NCBI GenBank assembly: GCA_040954595.2
Contig: CM082592.2
Location: forward strand, 6,241,531 to 6,305,530
Direction of reading: 5' to 3'
Source of the DNA: Balanoglossus misakiensis
Lineage: Eukaryota; Animalia; Hemichordata
DNA length: 64,000 nt
Under the pieces are notes generated by a model, which had not been told where the DNA came from, ran no database searches, and worked only from the letters and a program-made list of their open reading frames with translations. Positions 12,226 through 26,092 of this stretch are shown here, piece after piece. The position numbers were made by a program, and so were the translations under genes. Each line of letters begins with the position of its first letter. Positions within the stretch are counted from its first letter, which is position 1.

Positions 12226-14496
12226 AATCTCCGCAGTTCGAGCGCGGCTAGGCTGTTACTAGGCAAAATACACACATTCAAATCATATTGACGTTTTCAG
12301 CACAATGCCCGCAACAACACGCCCTTGTGCGAATCTCGACCAACATGAAATAAAAAAAAAGTAACTTGTAGTCGAAATAGGTTTGGGAAGATTAACTGGC
12401 TGTGTTGTGAAATCGCTTTCTCCTCCAAGTTCTTCCTGGAGTTACTTTCCCTCCATCACTTATTAGCATGATTAGTGATGGAGGTGGGGGGGGGGGGGGT
12501 CCGTGCTTTGGCGAAATACTACGAACACCTGTTTGCGCTTACAGACCAGAGGAGAGGGAAAAAAACTACTCGTCTGGATATGCCAAGCAAGCTTGAAATA
12601 AAAGCAGTAAACGCCGTTTGCTTTCGAAACAGAATAATTTCAGTCGTATTGTTATCACACTTACTCTACTATTCTGTTAGTAGTAATTGGTTTAGCTTTT
12701 GTTAATGCGACAGGTAAACGGATCAGTATATTTGCTCATAACGTTCACCTTCGAACAAACTGTAATGAATATTTAATGTGAGCGTAGAGACCAATACCTT
12801 TGGGGCGTGGTGTTGAGTGAACAACGGAACATACCATTGCTGGGAAGGCCACGGAGGATACAGTGCTCCAGTTCAGTCATTCATTTTTTCCCAACAAGCA
12901 GAAATATGAGATAAGAGGAACTTTTCAATTGCCCGCTTCTATCATACTGTCGTTTCATAGGCATATTGCACTGCATAAGTATTTGGGAGCGCTATTGGCC
13001 ACTGGTCATCAACTCTTCGTAGATAGTCCAGCAGAAACGCGGAGACTTTGGGGTACGATAACGACACCTGTGTTTTTGGTTATTGCGAACGATAAGCTGT
13101 GCGCTGGCATATCACATTTCCGCCTACGAAATACACAAATGAGAAATGTTTGAAAACCTACCGATTTGGTCAGGACATGGTAGTTGCCGTCGTGTGGGGG
13201 ACAAGTCGTTTATATCACCAAGCAGCTCGATGCAAAACGAGTCGTTCTGAGAATTCGAAGGACGAAGCCCGCAGTTCTTGGAAAAACGATCGCGAGAATC
13301 GATGCTGTTTGTACGGTGTGGTGCCTCCGGGTTTTCGAGCGCCGGTCGAAAACAGGAAATTGCTGTTGAATGATAGTCAAATTGAGAAAAAAAGAGCCTC
13401 GTGAATGAAAACCCACAAATTACGCATGTTCGCGAAACGGTCGTGTTAGGTCCGTCTACACAGACAAATCTGGTCCACCCAGATGTATACGTGGATACCT
13501 CACCTGCGGCGCCGTGGCCGTCGACTCCTCAACCCACGTGACCCGTCTTCGTGCCTCTTGCGTCTGGAACTCGCCCCATCCAATTTGAAATATTTGGTAT
13601 ACAATCGACAACCGATCGAAAAGAATTTAAGATAAAACTGACAGGCATTGCTAACTTACAACAAACTTGCGTAAGTGTCGTATTGCGTGTATGTTAAACC
13701 ATTCATAATGCGATTAGCTTTAGGCACATTTTAAAACTTGATATCTGTCCGAATGTAGATTGTATAATTGTTTATAAAAGTTGTTTTATATTAAATTATG
13801 TAGGGGTAGCGGAAATAGCATCACGCAAAATCGATGTTAACTGACGCGTTTCATAAGTACCTGTTAGCATCAACTAGTTCGGAGTTTGGAAAGATGCCAA
13901 TTTCTCCAATTACAACAAACCTGTCCTCTTCCCGGTCGATTCTTTGGATGTTTAACAATTGACAGTCAGACAGTTTGTCTATTTTCGACCATAGCAACAT
14001 ATAAATGCGATTCATGTCGATATGTATATGTATACAAGTATTGAAAGAAGTGAAATCGTGAAAGAAAGCGTCTTCCTCGTCCAATGTACGTCGATCGAGC
14101 TATTTTATCAAATTCGATTGTTTACTACCCATTTCCCTCAGTGGAGCCCTCATTGGGCTGTTTGGAAATCTATACAGTGAAGCACGCCTCCAGGTTTTAG
14201 TATTGTTCGCCGTGAACTCGGCCTGAGAATGCATCTCATGACCGTGTTAGCGTAACTGTGGCAACCGTGGGTTTCACACATTGTAAGGATGTGCGCTGAT
14301 ACAAGTCGTCCGCTGCTGGTGTTAGTTGATTACCCGCCTTTCAAACTTGTGAAAGTTCACTTAAATATTCAATAACTGATCGTTATATAGTATTGACAGA
14401 TGAAGTAATTAATCCGTGTGTGTGTGTGTGTGTCTGGCGTGGATTACACGGCGTAGAGTTCGATTTGTGTTTTCAGATACAAGGTTCGAAGAAACG

Positions 14497-14618
14497 CATT
14501 CTCCACGCAGAGACTAACCTTGCTAGGGAGTCCGACCAATAGCCGCTATTTAGTGGCTATTGGTCAGACCCTCTAGCTAGACTAGAATTATCCACTCCAA
14601 GTCTCTGCGTGGAGAATG
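14497..14618. mobile_element. Short inverted-repeat (MITE-like) element
   Basis: 19-bp IR cattctccacgcagagact / agtctctgcgtggagaatg enclosing an inner hairpin gctagggagtccgaccaatagcc..ggctattggtcagaccctctagc. Confidence 0.65.
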
Positions 14619-15170
14619 GAGGAAACGGTGATATAATATCTCAAAGGATACACTTACTGTGTTACAAAATAATGTTTTATACATAATAAACGGAGCTGTA
14701 CATAAAAGACATATTTTTGAAATATGTAACAAAATATTACACTGTAGAAGTACAAGGAGTATCATGGATAGTGTATTGAAGAGGTTTTGTCACATGATGA
14801 TCGCATGATAGTCACGTGACGTGAATGTAACGCAAAACCTGACATTATTAATCGTATATTTTTGAATTGCAAGCATGTGGCAAGGGGGTGAAACTTTGAA
14901 TGTAAAAATATAAATGCTTGTTCCAGTTGTTACGTGGGTAGTACTTTGTTTCAAAATAAAACAAACTCGTTCAGAGTAAAAAAAAATACTTCCTTTAGTC
15001 GGTTTTGCTATGTACAGGAAAATGCTCTAAATAAAAAAAAGTTTAAAACTTGTTTTTGTCGTTACAAGCTAGTACATTGATTAAGGGTTACATCAAGTAT
15101 ACAGTCTTGAATCTTTCGTTTATGCAAGATGCAGAGTACTAGTATACTGATGCATGTTCGACTTGGTTTT

Positions 15171-15187
15171 TGCCACCTGAGGGCGCT
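15171..15187 (+). promoter_or_regulatory. Candidate CTCF-like motif
   Basis: tgCCACCTGAGGGCGCt resembles the core CCACCAGGGGGCGC. Confidence 0.35.
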
Positions 15188-15997
15188 CTCTGTACAACCC
15201 ATTCTTCATTGTGAGCGCCTTCGAACTTCTTCATACTGTAGCTGTACTGGGGTGGGTCTAAGCTGCTGCCCTTCTACTGGCAATTTCTGGCGGTATAACG
15301 TCTTTTGCGATACGCAAACAACTTAGCAATATTCGCTCTGCCATGAAAGACACAGGACTGCCAGAAAAAGTCATAAGAGGGCAATAGGCCTTGACTAGTG
15401 ACCACATGTCATTCGTATAAATTAACATTTTACCGCCTTAGACAAAACAGTATGGAGCTCTTCTGGTACAATACTTCAGTAAAGTGAGAAAATGTAAATA
15501 TTAAAGGATAAGTGAATTTCATTTTGAGAGTACTTTGATACTAAACGCACACACAATGACAAACATGACCTAATACTTGTTTGCTTTTTGTACGTATGTA
15601 TAAAAAGTCTGCAGTTGTTTATACAATTTTAACTATAGATGTATAAATATATTATTCCTTTGATATTATAATACACTTCAAACAATGCTGGAGATTCGTT
15701 CATATGCTTTTACCCCTCAATTATTAATGAAGAGATCCATCTTATTACAGTGAGGTAATGGAATATTCCAATGTATGGAAGTTTCGGAGGGGTGACAGTT
15801 ATTGCAGGTAAAGGCAATATGTGTGAACAAAGTGAGTAATTTTGATTATACAGGTTACATAACATAGTATGTATCTTTTTTTTCATTTTTGACTTCAGTG
15901 AAATACGATTCCACTGAAAATAATCGTCTGCCCATTTAACCGCACTGGGAATGTGACTTTTTTCCTCATCACACTCGGTCTTCCGGATCAATCTTGA

Positions 15998-18900
15998 CTA
16001 GACTTCCTCTGGTTCTATCATGACTGTGCTAGGTTTTGGTTTCTTGTAGCTGGAATGAAATCGTTTTGCGTTATTATTGTGAGAAATCTTCCAAACCGTT
16101 TTTAATTTCTGCCAACTTTTGTTTTTTTGTGCGGGTCGGACCTCAAAAGATGGGCTACTTACAATTTCAGCATCAGTGACGATGTTACCACGGAGACCGA
16201 CGACAAGGCCATGGCAGCAGACGCCATCCAGGGCTGCAACAGGAACCCCACTGGAGCGAAAACACCTGGGGGGAGGGGGGGGGGGAAAGAGTTACAAATG
16301 AATTAAGATTCACAGAGCGATATGCCAACAGAAGATATTCTTTTTTGATACGGTAGACTTTGTACAGGGCAGTCTTCTCTTGAAGTGTAGAAAAGCAGAA
16401 AAATCTAAACCAGAGAAACTGTTAACTTTGAATGCCGAATCTGATGCTTTCAGTCAGATTCCAGGTAAACACTGATCGACTACACTGTGACCTCTGACCT
16501 CACTCACCGGCAGCAATTGGTATTCCGATGGCATTGTAGATGATGGCGTAGAAGAAGTTGATGTGGATTCTTCTGACTGTGTGCTTGGACAAGTCAATGG
16601 CAGTCGCTACGTCAAACAAGTCATTCTGGGAAAACAAAACCGATGTGAAAAAAATACATCAGGAAATTGGTAATATTTATGCAAAGGTACGACACAAAAC
16701 TTTTTTCGCCAAAAATAATTTTCGTTCAAAGATTTTGCAGGCATGTTTAAAACCCCATTACTAAGAACTCACCCTGATGAGGACAATATCGGCTGCTTCC
16801 ACAGCTACGTCAGTTCCCGTTCCTATGGCGATGCCCACATCGGCTTGGGCAAGAGCCGGCGAGTCGTTGACCCCATCACCAACCATGGCAACACACTGAC
16901 CCTCGGCCTGCAGTTCTTTCACTTTATCGGCTTTGTGCGATGGCAGTACCTCCGCAAACACTTGAGTGATGCCCACCTATTGGTCGATGCACAGAGGTGA
17001 AAGGTCATATCTATTACTCTTGGATGGGTGAAACATTCTTCAAATGTAGCATTTTGACGTCATCTGAACCTTTGAAGCAGTCGAACACTTACAGTAAAGT
17101 GATTACAGCACAAACAATGCTGTGCAAATGTGCTGGATTTGCAACGTCGCTTTACAAATGTGCGACGTGTCAAGAAATTTATCTGGATGTCACCTACATG
17201 TTTTGCAATGGCCCTGGCGGTCCGTCTGTTATCTCCCGTCAAGAGAACGACATCCATGCCCATCCTTCTCAGTTGATTGACAGCTTGTTCTGCTTCCGCC
17301 TTGACCGTGTCGGCCACCGCCAACATCCCCACGACAACGCCTGCAGGGGGGGATCCAGAAAATGAGTGATCAGTGGACTGTGTCAAGGATCCACACACAA
17401 AAGCGACTTGCTTTGTCCTCACGGCAAAGTCTTCATATCATTGAATGAATACGCAGTACGTGTACTTACCGTTGATTGCAACTAAGACAGCCGTCTGCCC
17501 TAGTTCTTCGTGAATGGACATCATGTCGTTCATTTCGTGAGACACTTCCAGGTCATTCTTTTTCATCCAATCCCGGTTTCCGATCAACACAAAGTACTCC
17601 TGGACATCACTTTTGCCTGGAAGGAATCAGAATCAAACATCTGTAGTTTTACAATATGTTTCAGCAGAACATATTCTTCGTGTGAAACTAAAATGACCAA
17701 GATATAAAGATCAAATGGTGATGCTTGTAGATCTCTTCAAAGAACCACTTACTGTCCTGAGTGATTGCGTCTGGGTCCTCCTTCTCAGATCCATCCTTCT
17801 TCTCGAGGTCCTTCTTCTCGAAGTCCTCCTCGCGGGTAACTGAGTCTGTCGTCTTCCCATCAGCCTCTGTCTCTTCCTCCTTCTTTTCATCGTCCTCGGT
17901 TTTCCCGCCGTCGCTTCCGTCCTCCTCAGCATCCTCGCTTCCGTCCTCCGTTTTCTCCGCCCCGCTTTCGCCTTCCTTGGATTCCGTCGAGTCCAGCGAG
18001 GTGATGATGTTCATGGCGTTCTGCTTGGCCTGCAGCATGCTGTCGATGTGACTGATGCTGCAGCTGAGACCGAAGCCGGGCTCTGCCTGGAAATCGCTGC
18101 ACTTGCCCACGGCCGGTGTGCACAGCATCTGTTAATTAAAGCATCAAGCAGAGAGAAGTGTTGTGAACAAAAATACCCCATGTGGCAGAGAGCCATCAGA
18201 AATCCTTATGTAGAATCACTGTAACTTTCATTAGTGTAGTTGGGGACATTTCTGTGCATTTTTGGGGTGCCTGGAAGCATTTTAGAAAAAGTTATGCATT
18301 TTTTTCCAATTCTGTACATACAGATGGAACAGCATGTTTGAATAGATAAGTTTAATCTCAAAAAATGGCACTCGTATCAATGTATAAATGCTAGTATGAA
18401 CGGCCACAAAAAATGCAAAGCTCTCATTGCAAATGATGTGAAAAGTGACGCAAGTCCGAGTCGAAGCTACGTGACTTGTTGCATACACCTGAGACAAAAG
18501 TTTGCTTGCCGAACAATGCCATGAATCAGTATGTTAAATGTTATTGCATCTGGGTGAAAAGAAGACACTGAACTTTTCTTCATAATCTCTAGAGTCCAAC
18601 TAGCTAACTGAACTTGTTTCATTAATACTATGTATATACACGTACCTCTTTGGCATGCCTGGTGATAGCAACACCAATCGGGTGTTCACTGTGCGCCTCA
18701 GCCGTGCCAGCTATGGCCAGAAGCTCATCCTCGGTACAAACCGACGGTTCTACAAAGATGGCCGTCCTCATCACCTTGGGAACGCCATGCGTTATAGTGC
18801 CTGTCTTGTCGAATATCACGGTTTTCAACTGACAAAGGCAGAGAAAGACAAGTTCAGAAACTAGGCCTTCAGATCTTACGCGTAAATAAGAAACATTCAT

Positions 18901-21900
18901 TTGACTGGAATATTTTCGATCATCCGTCCAACTCCCTTTTATTGACGGAAAAGACGTACACTCAAAATTTCAGCCAACAATTTCTGCGAGCCGGTTAATT
19001 GCCATTATTACCTTGTGCGCCATCTCCAGCGGTTCGCCCCCTTTGATCAGAATACCATTCCTTGCCCCGACCCCGGTTCCTACCATTACAGCTGTAGGGG
19101 TGGCCAGCCCGAGAGCGCACGGGCAGGCTATGGCAAGCACAGAAATGGCACAGCGGAATGCGTACTGAAGGATAATTTCTGTCCGATTCACAATAATGTC
19201 TTCCTCAACCTGACGAAAAACAAAAATCGACAAATTTAGTGACCAGATTCACTAGGGATATTTTTTTTTCAATTATGGGTGATCAGTACTTTTAAAAGCA
19301 ATATTTCTATAAAATGCAGTCTTATTTAAAAATATCAAAACAGCGGGATCAATGTGCTAATTTCTGACATAGAAGGCCATTGTACTCAGTCTGAAACCAA
19401 AATGTGTACATTTAAAGGAAGACCCACCTTTACTGTGATCATTTTCGTGTAATGAAAATATATTCCATAGACTTACCTCTGGAATGTCTGTTGAATTCCC
19501 ATCAGAACTTTTCGTATGATTCATGGAAGTAGTCTAGAAGGCGAAAATCAAAACAGACAAGTTGACAAATGTTGATAGCTTAATACGACCTGAAAATTAC
19601 AGTTAAGTAAATTATCATTCAATGATCCTACGACTTTGTGGAGGTTCTTGACTCACCTCATGCCCCATATAATTGGGAATCAGGGTGATGTCCGAATAGC
19701 CGATGATCAACCATGCGGCCAACGTCACCGACGATAGGATGATGATTCCCGGAACAAAATACCCTGAGATTTTGTCAGCAATTTGCTGGATTGGAGCCTG
19801 TAATTTAGAGGAAAGAAGTTCACATTAAAATGTGAAAATTCTACGTGCTTTGCATGTTTCGTTGATTTCAAAATGATATCAAGGATCATTTACTGATTTG
19901 AAAAGAATACCAATGTTAGTCTACCTTGGATGTCTGTGCGTCTTCGACCAACTTGACGATCTGGGCCAGTGTGGAATCGGCACCGACGTGTGTGGCCTCG
20001 ACTAGAAGGGTGCCATTTTGGTTGATGGAACCGCCAATGACTACCGCGCCTGGAACATAAAACGCCGAAAAATTCAACCCATCTGAGACAGCTAACAGGT
20101 CAAAGTTCAAAGAGTCAAAGGTGACACATGGGGTCAAATTGCAGTCACACGACAAAACACCACAACACCGCTACTATTACTAACCTGGTTTCTTCAGTAC
20201 CGGCATGGACTCTCCCGTGATCAGGGATTCGTCCGCCATCGACGTCCCATCCACCACTTTGCCGTCCACCGGAATCTTGTCGCCGGGAACGACTTTCAGC
20301 AGGTCCCCTCGGTGGACAAGGTCAATGTCGATCTTCTCTTCGCTGATGACTTCTTTGTTTTCGCCGAGGGTGACCAGCGTGGCGTCGGTGGCTTGCAGCG
20401 AGATCAACTTGGCCAGAGCATCTGAAGTTTTCTCCTGTAGACAAAACAAGTCATGCATAATTATTGTTAATAGCCTTCATCACAGTGCGGACAAACAGTT
20501 TGGATAGGATGCACAGACATAGCTTTCCACACACCTGAGGCTGAAACAGGTAGACCACAGCACTTGTGATTGGTCAATTACTCTTCGCACTTTAAAACAG
20601 GTATGCAACATATAGGTGACACGTCAATTTACGTTGAATGGGAGTTGACCCTATGTTTTCCTGCATATCTGACATATCTCTTAACTAGCCTACTACCCTG
20701 GCAATGGGTCACAAGGCAAGTAATACAAGTCAAGTACAGCTTTGCATGAAACTAGAATAGGTTCAGAGTGTAACAAATGCTGTAATTTTTATGCATTTTA
20801 ACACGATGGGCGATGTGTTGTTTGCCCTGCGTCACATGAGAATGTCCTCCCACATACTGCCCGTAGCCACGCGAGATCTCGCAGGATCTCGTGAAGTTCG
20901 GAAAATACTCTCTTACCTTGGCGATGGTCTCCAGCCACCTCCCCAGCGATATGAACACCAGCAGCATGGGAGGCGTGTCAAAGAACACCATGGGGCTGTA
21001 GTTGACCTGTTGGATCATGGCGATGATCACCACGACGCAGGAGTAGAAGTAGGCGATGGTCGTGGCCAGCATGATCAGGACGTCCATATTGGTGGTGCCG
21101 TGCTTCAACGCTTTGTACGCTTGAATGTAGAAGTACCGACCGCCAAGAAACTGCGAAACCACGGAAGAAGAAAAACGGTGAGGATTTCGTAGTAGCTTTG
21201 ATCTTACCAGTGGGATTTCTTTTGTGAAATTATAACTGACAGAACTATTCTTGTATAAACAGACATTGGAATCGTACCTGCACAGGCGTCGCACAGAGAA
21301 ACAACAGCAAGTTCTCCACGGACAGGCCCGGGATGATCAGGATGTGGTTCTTGGAGATCATGAAGTACATCATTATGATAACGACCGGAATGCCAAACAC
21401 CAGAGACAGGAAAAATGAGTTGCGCCACCTGCAAAAAAAAGAGAAGAAAACGACCGTTTTCAAAGATCATAAATCACAGATGCATTAAGCATTACCAACC
21501 TCCAATTAATGTACACGGTAACATGTACATACAAATGTGTACGAATCCCCCAGTGAAACATTCACAATGTACAACAAATGTATCATATTTGGTCATCTGT
21601 ATAATGTATAGATTTCTTGATGTGAACAGCTGAAATTTTTTACAAAATTCACCAAAATCTTACTTTCTGATGGTTTTCTTGTTCTGAAGCGCTCCCACAG
21701 CTTTGGTGTCCTTACTCGGCAGTTCCACATCAAATCCAGCATCTTCTATCGCCTTCATGATGTCCCTGGGGCCAATTTCTGCCGGATTGTAGCGGAAACT
21801 TCCCTTGTTGGTTGCCAGGGCGACAGAGGCGTAGTAGACGCCGGGTTTACTCATTATGAGCGATTCGATGGAGTTGACGCAGGAGACGCACGACATGCCT

Positions 21901-24900
21901 AGAATCTACAGAAATGGGACCAGAATTAAAATCGGTTCCCAATTTAAAGCATTGCAACAAACACAAATGGAGAATCATTTATCCAAATGAGTGAGGAACT
22001 TGTCCAATGATTCATTCCTATTCACTATTTAGGAATTCAAATTAAACCCCATGTTGCCCCCCCCCCCACCCTATCCTTCGCTGTCTACCCCCTTCCCTTC
22101 CCCCCAACCCCTTAAACACTGCCTTGAACTCACAATCAGCTCCAATGTGCCACTGGTTCCATCGTTATTTTCTTGGACCGTGGCATCAAAACCCATGTCG
22201 TCAATAAGCTGCGCTATCTGTTCGGGAGACAACAACTGCGAGTCGTACGAGATTTCCGCTTTGCCCGCCATCAGTGCAACCAGGACAGAAGCAATTCCTT
22301 CCGGTTGGAAAAAAAGAAAGCCAGTCAGTTGATTTGACCTTTCAGGAGACAAGCAGAGCAATGGCGGCAGCACCTGGTTATCACAAAAGTTGTGAAGCCA
22401 ACACTGAAAGTCCATAGGTTATAAACCCAGGTGCGCAGAGACCTTGGTGTCTCTTGCCAATCAGAACACACTTGGATAAATAATCAGGATAATTTAATCC
22501 CTGGATTTACATACATGAATAATTACACTCTCATTAGAATAGAAACATTCAACAGGTGGTTGGGTTGGAATATGCAGATTTGCCTTTTGCTTTTTTTTTT
22601 ATACTTGGGGTATCACAGCCATTACCTTTGTGTTTCGTGAGAGTTGTTTCAATACTGTTCACGCATGATGCACAGGTCATCCCTTGGATTGCGATGACAC
22701 ATTTCTCGAAGTTTGGCAGCAACGGCAACTCTATTGCCACGTTGTCCGGAGCAGTTTTGACGTCGTTGTTGATCAGAAACCTCACAACTGGCTCCCTCGG
22801 TACCGACCTGTGGTCGGCCACTACATGGTTCTTGTGTGCGTCACCAAAATCTGAGGGGAGAATGGAAATTTCCCAAATTAAATTGATTTACAAAATCAGG
22901 GCTTTACAATATATCATAAGATGAAATGCACACTTGTGAAAGATAAAAAGTCATAAACAAGATTACTCACAATTTTGAATTTTACAAAATTCAATCACCC
23001 GTAAAGAACTACATGTACATTAAATTTTACATTCATATAAAGTTTTACCGATGTTATTTAAACAGTTACTATAGTAAGCTGTTGAAAAAAGAAACAAAAA
23101 CAAAACAAAAAGACAGTTACAAATGATTTGCATAAACAACAACAAAACAACATGCTTTGGTCATTACAATGAAAAGTAAATCAAAACAGGACTGCTTTGA
23201 CTGTAAAATAAGGAAAAGTTACCATCGTAATCTGACAATAGCGCTCTTCTTTGTAAGTCTTCCGTGTCGGGATAGGATCTAAGCGGCGTTTCGTTATCAA
23301 CTGGATGCGAGATCAGTAAAAGAGCAGAGATGCGGGAACGGGTTAGTAGCATAAATATTAGTGTAGCACTTTAGCTGGTTAATTACCGTGGCAACACATT
23401 TTGTTAAATCCTCACAGAGCAGAAGTGGGCACAGTTCCATAACGGGTTCCTCAACATTGCAAGAACCAGCAATTGAAGCCATCTGAATTAGATTAGAGAT
23501 TTACCAGTGTTTGTGATTAAGAAATTAAAATTTGCAGGCTTTGCAGTCGGTGGTTAGGTTGCGAGACACATTTGCCAGAAAAAAAACCCAAAGATAAAAC
23601 ATGGATTATGGGTTGGTATAGGTGCTAAGATGGGATGGGTTGGAAGGACACTGGTATGCATTAAAGTAGATGGGTGCAAAGATGGGTTGATGAGGGTAAA
23701 GAGATGGGTTTGAAATGGGTGCATTGATGGGTATTGGAGTGGATGTGTATGAGCTGGAGTGGTTGAACGAACAGGACAATTTGAATTTGGTGGTCGAATT
23801 GGTTCAATTGGGTGCAAGGATGAGCTGGAATGCGTGCAAGGATAGGTTGAGATGGGGGGTAGGATAGGCTGAGATGGGGGGTAGGATAGGTTGAGATGGG
23901 GGGTAGGATAGGTTGAGATGGGTCCAGGGATGGGCGGACATCACTTACCATTTATAGCTGCCCCGTATCCGATGTCTTCGATGAGATCCACCAGTTCTTC
24001 CGGTTTGATCTTCTCCGGGTAATACTCCACCTCGGCTCTGCACCTCTCCAGGGACACGTGAACCGACTTGACCCCGAGCTGCTTCGTCAGCTGGGCGTGC
24101 ACGGCGCTGCTGCACGAGCTGCACGTCATGCCTTCGACGTCGACGTTCACCGTCTCCGCCGGCACCTGGTTGACGTGAGCGAGGGCGCTCTCCAGCTGCT
24201 CCTGGGTGAAGCCCCGGCTCAACAGTCCTTGGATGACGGAGTTGCGGTTGGACGACGCGATCATGGACGACCTCGGGGAGATGAGCTCCGACGGCGAGAG
24301 GTCCTCGACGGACGCCAGCAGCGGCACGTCTAGATTTTCCAGCTGCTCGGCAGTGATGGGTGTGTGGAGTTTGTCTTCTAAGACCGAGGTGTCGTATCCC
24401 ACGCCGCTGATGGCATCTTTGATGACCTCCGCCGTTGTGAAATCAGCTCTGTATATAACTTGCACCTGTGTAAAAGACAACCAACAACATTAAAGGTATA
24501 CAGTCACCTCCAATTTACATACGCCCATATATGGCTGAAATGGAGTATTTCAGCGTTCTAAAGAACATATGGTGGTGCTCTTTTTTTTGCATGTGCCACC
24601 CACTGAAAATCATTGATTGGCTAGATCTCAAATTGCCATGGTAACTATAGCTAATTTTCCATAGGTGACCGTATACCTTTAAAGCTCCATTTAACTTTTC
24701 GCTATGATTTTAGTGTCAAATCCCTGAAGCATGATGAAATGCCCAGTACCCATCTTATTAACACAACCTACAGTCAGCCCTGTTCTTGTTAAAAAATTGA
24801 ATTTAAGGCTGTTACACACATACAGGCTATGTTGACAAGCAGAGCACTTGGGCATGTATTAATATGCTGCTTGTATTAGGGTTATTTTCACTTGTATTGT

Positions 24901-26092
24901 TTTTTATTTATTGTTGCTATTGCTGCTGTTAATGATGGTGATTTTTGTCATAGTAGACTTTCAACAAATCAGATTGGGTTCAATCAAAAACGACTGAGGA
25001 AATCTGGCTCACCTGGCCGTCAGGGAGAGCTACGGCGATGCTTTTCACACCCAGCTGCTCCGAGAGCACTTTCCTGATTGCGTCCGCGCACAACTCGCAC
25101 TTCATCCCCCACACCCGGATGTCGACCACCCTCTCAAGATGCGACGTATTCATCAGGTCCTTCTGACGGTACGACAGCAACTGCGGAAACATCGTCAAAT
25201 CTCTCCTGAAGAACGAAGAAAAACATGAAATGAAATACGATCAGTACACAGAGAATGATCTATTACTTCAGAAGAAACAGGTGAACAGCACACAAATAGG
25301 ATAAAAAAACACATATATTTTGAATTGAGTCCATACAATATACTAGTACCAGATAACCTTATGGTGGAAATACCTTTGGTTGGTAACTACATGTATAACA
25401 ATTTCAAACATTGTCCCTATAGCAGTAGCTCTTTTGACCTACACAATATGGGCCTACCAAATTCTTTCATTATCACAGCAACAAGTGTTCTTACACACAT
25501 TCAACAAACCACCCCCTGGATACAATAGAATTTAGTCACAAACAATGTTTTTTCTTCTCCAACATGTTCGCGCATAGCAAAAAACCTCAACAATGAAAAC
25601 AGCTGTTTCACTCATTACTGGATTGCCATTTTAAGGATAATTATGGAGAAAAAAAGGTGACAAATGAGAGTTATTCATAGTATTGACTATTCATACATGT
25701 AATGGCAGAGTAATGCTATTGCAGTTTATGCACTTTTTAAGCATGTCCCTTTCCTACTTATTTTTGAATTTTGACATAAATACATGAAAAAAGTATACCG
25801 GTACAATGTACTCATTCACAGAACTAAATTAATATATCCCCATCCAACAAAAAAGTTTATATTATAAGCAGGCATACACCCATAATGTTTTCAGCTCTGC
25901 AAGTGTGGAAAATTCACACAAATCTAACATGCAGCAATAGACATGCATTTTTGCTGTATGAGTGATGAAAAAAAAAAACATGAATAAAATTTTTTCACCC
26001 TGGGAGGCTTGAAGTAGACACAGAAAGTCCATATACCTGATCGTAACGCCGTCTTCCTCGCGAAAAGCGCAGTGTCTAGTGTAACGCGGCAT
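15998..26092 (-). CDS. ATP7: Copper-transporting P1B-type ATPase (ATP7A/ATP7B co-ortholog), ~22 coding exons, four HMA domains
   Basis: HMA motifs GMKCELC (25013-25205), GMTCSSC (23949-24465), GMTCASC (22626-22850) and GMSCVSC (21664-21905). Also TGES, CPC, DKTGT, SEHP, TGDN, GDGVND, YN in TM7 and MALSS in TM8. Last exon 15998-16050 ends [16 protein letters not shown]. The first coding exon 26037-26092 is putative; a candidate non-coding first exon has its donor at 28994. Confidence 0.95.
23838..23922. repeat. Intronic ~22-bp minisatellite (ggataggttgagatggggg[g]ta), about 4 copies
   Basis: Direct inspection. Confidence 0.8.
24490..24682. mobile_element. MITE with 16-bp TIRs and TTAA flanks (Kolobok-like termini) in an ATP7 intron
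   Basis: ttaa-AGGTATACAGTCACCT ... AGGTGACCGTATACCT-ttaa (1 mismatch). Superfamily assignment is inferred from the TTAA flanks and AGG terminus. Confidence 0.75.

Noticed and set aside
15710-15997. Programmed stop-codon readthrough of ATP7
   Set aside because: The UAG-UCA context is not a recognised leaky context and the downstream peptide looks UTR-like. Mentioned only as a caveat.
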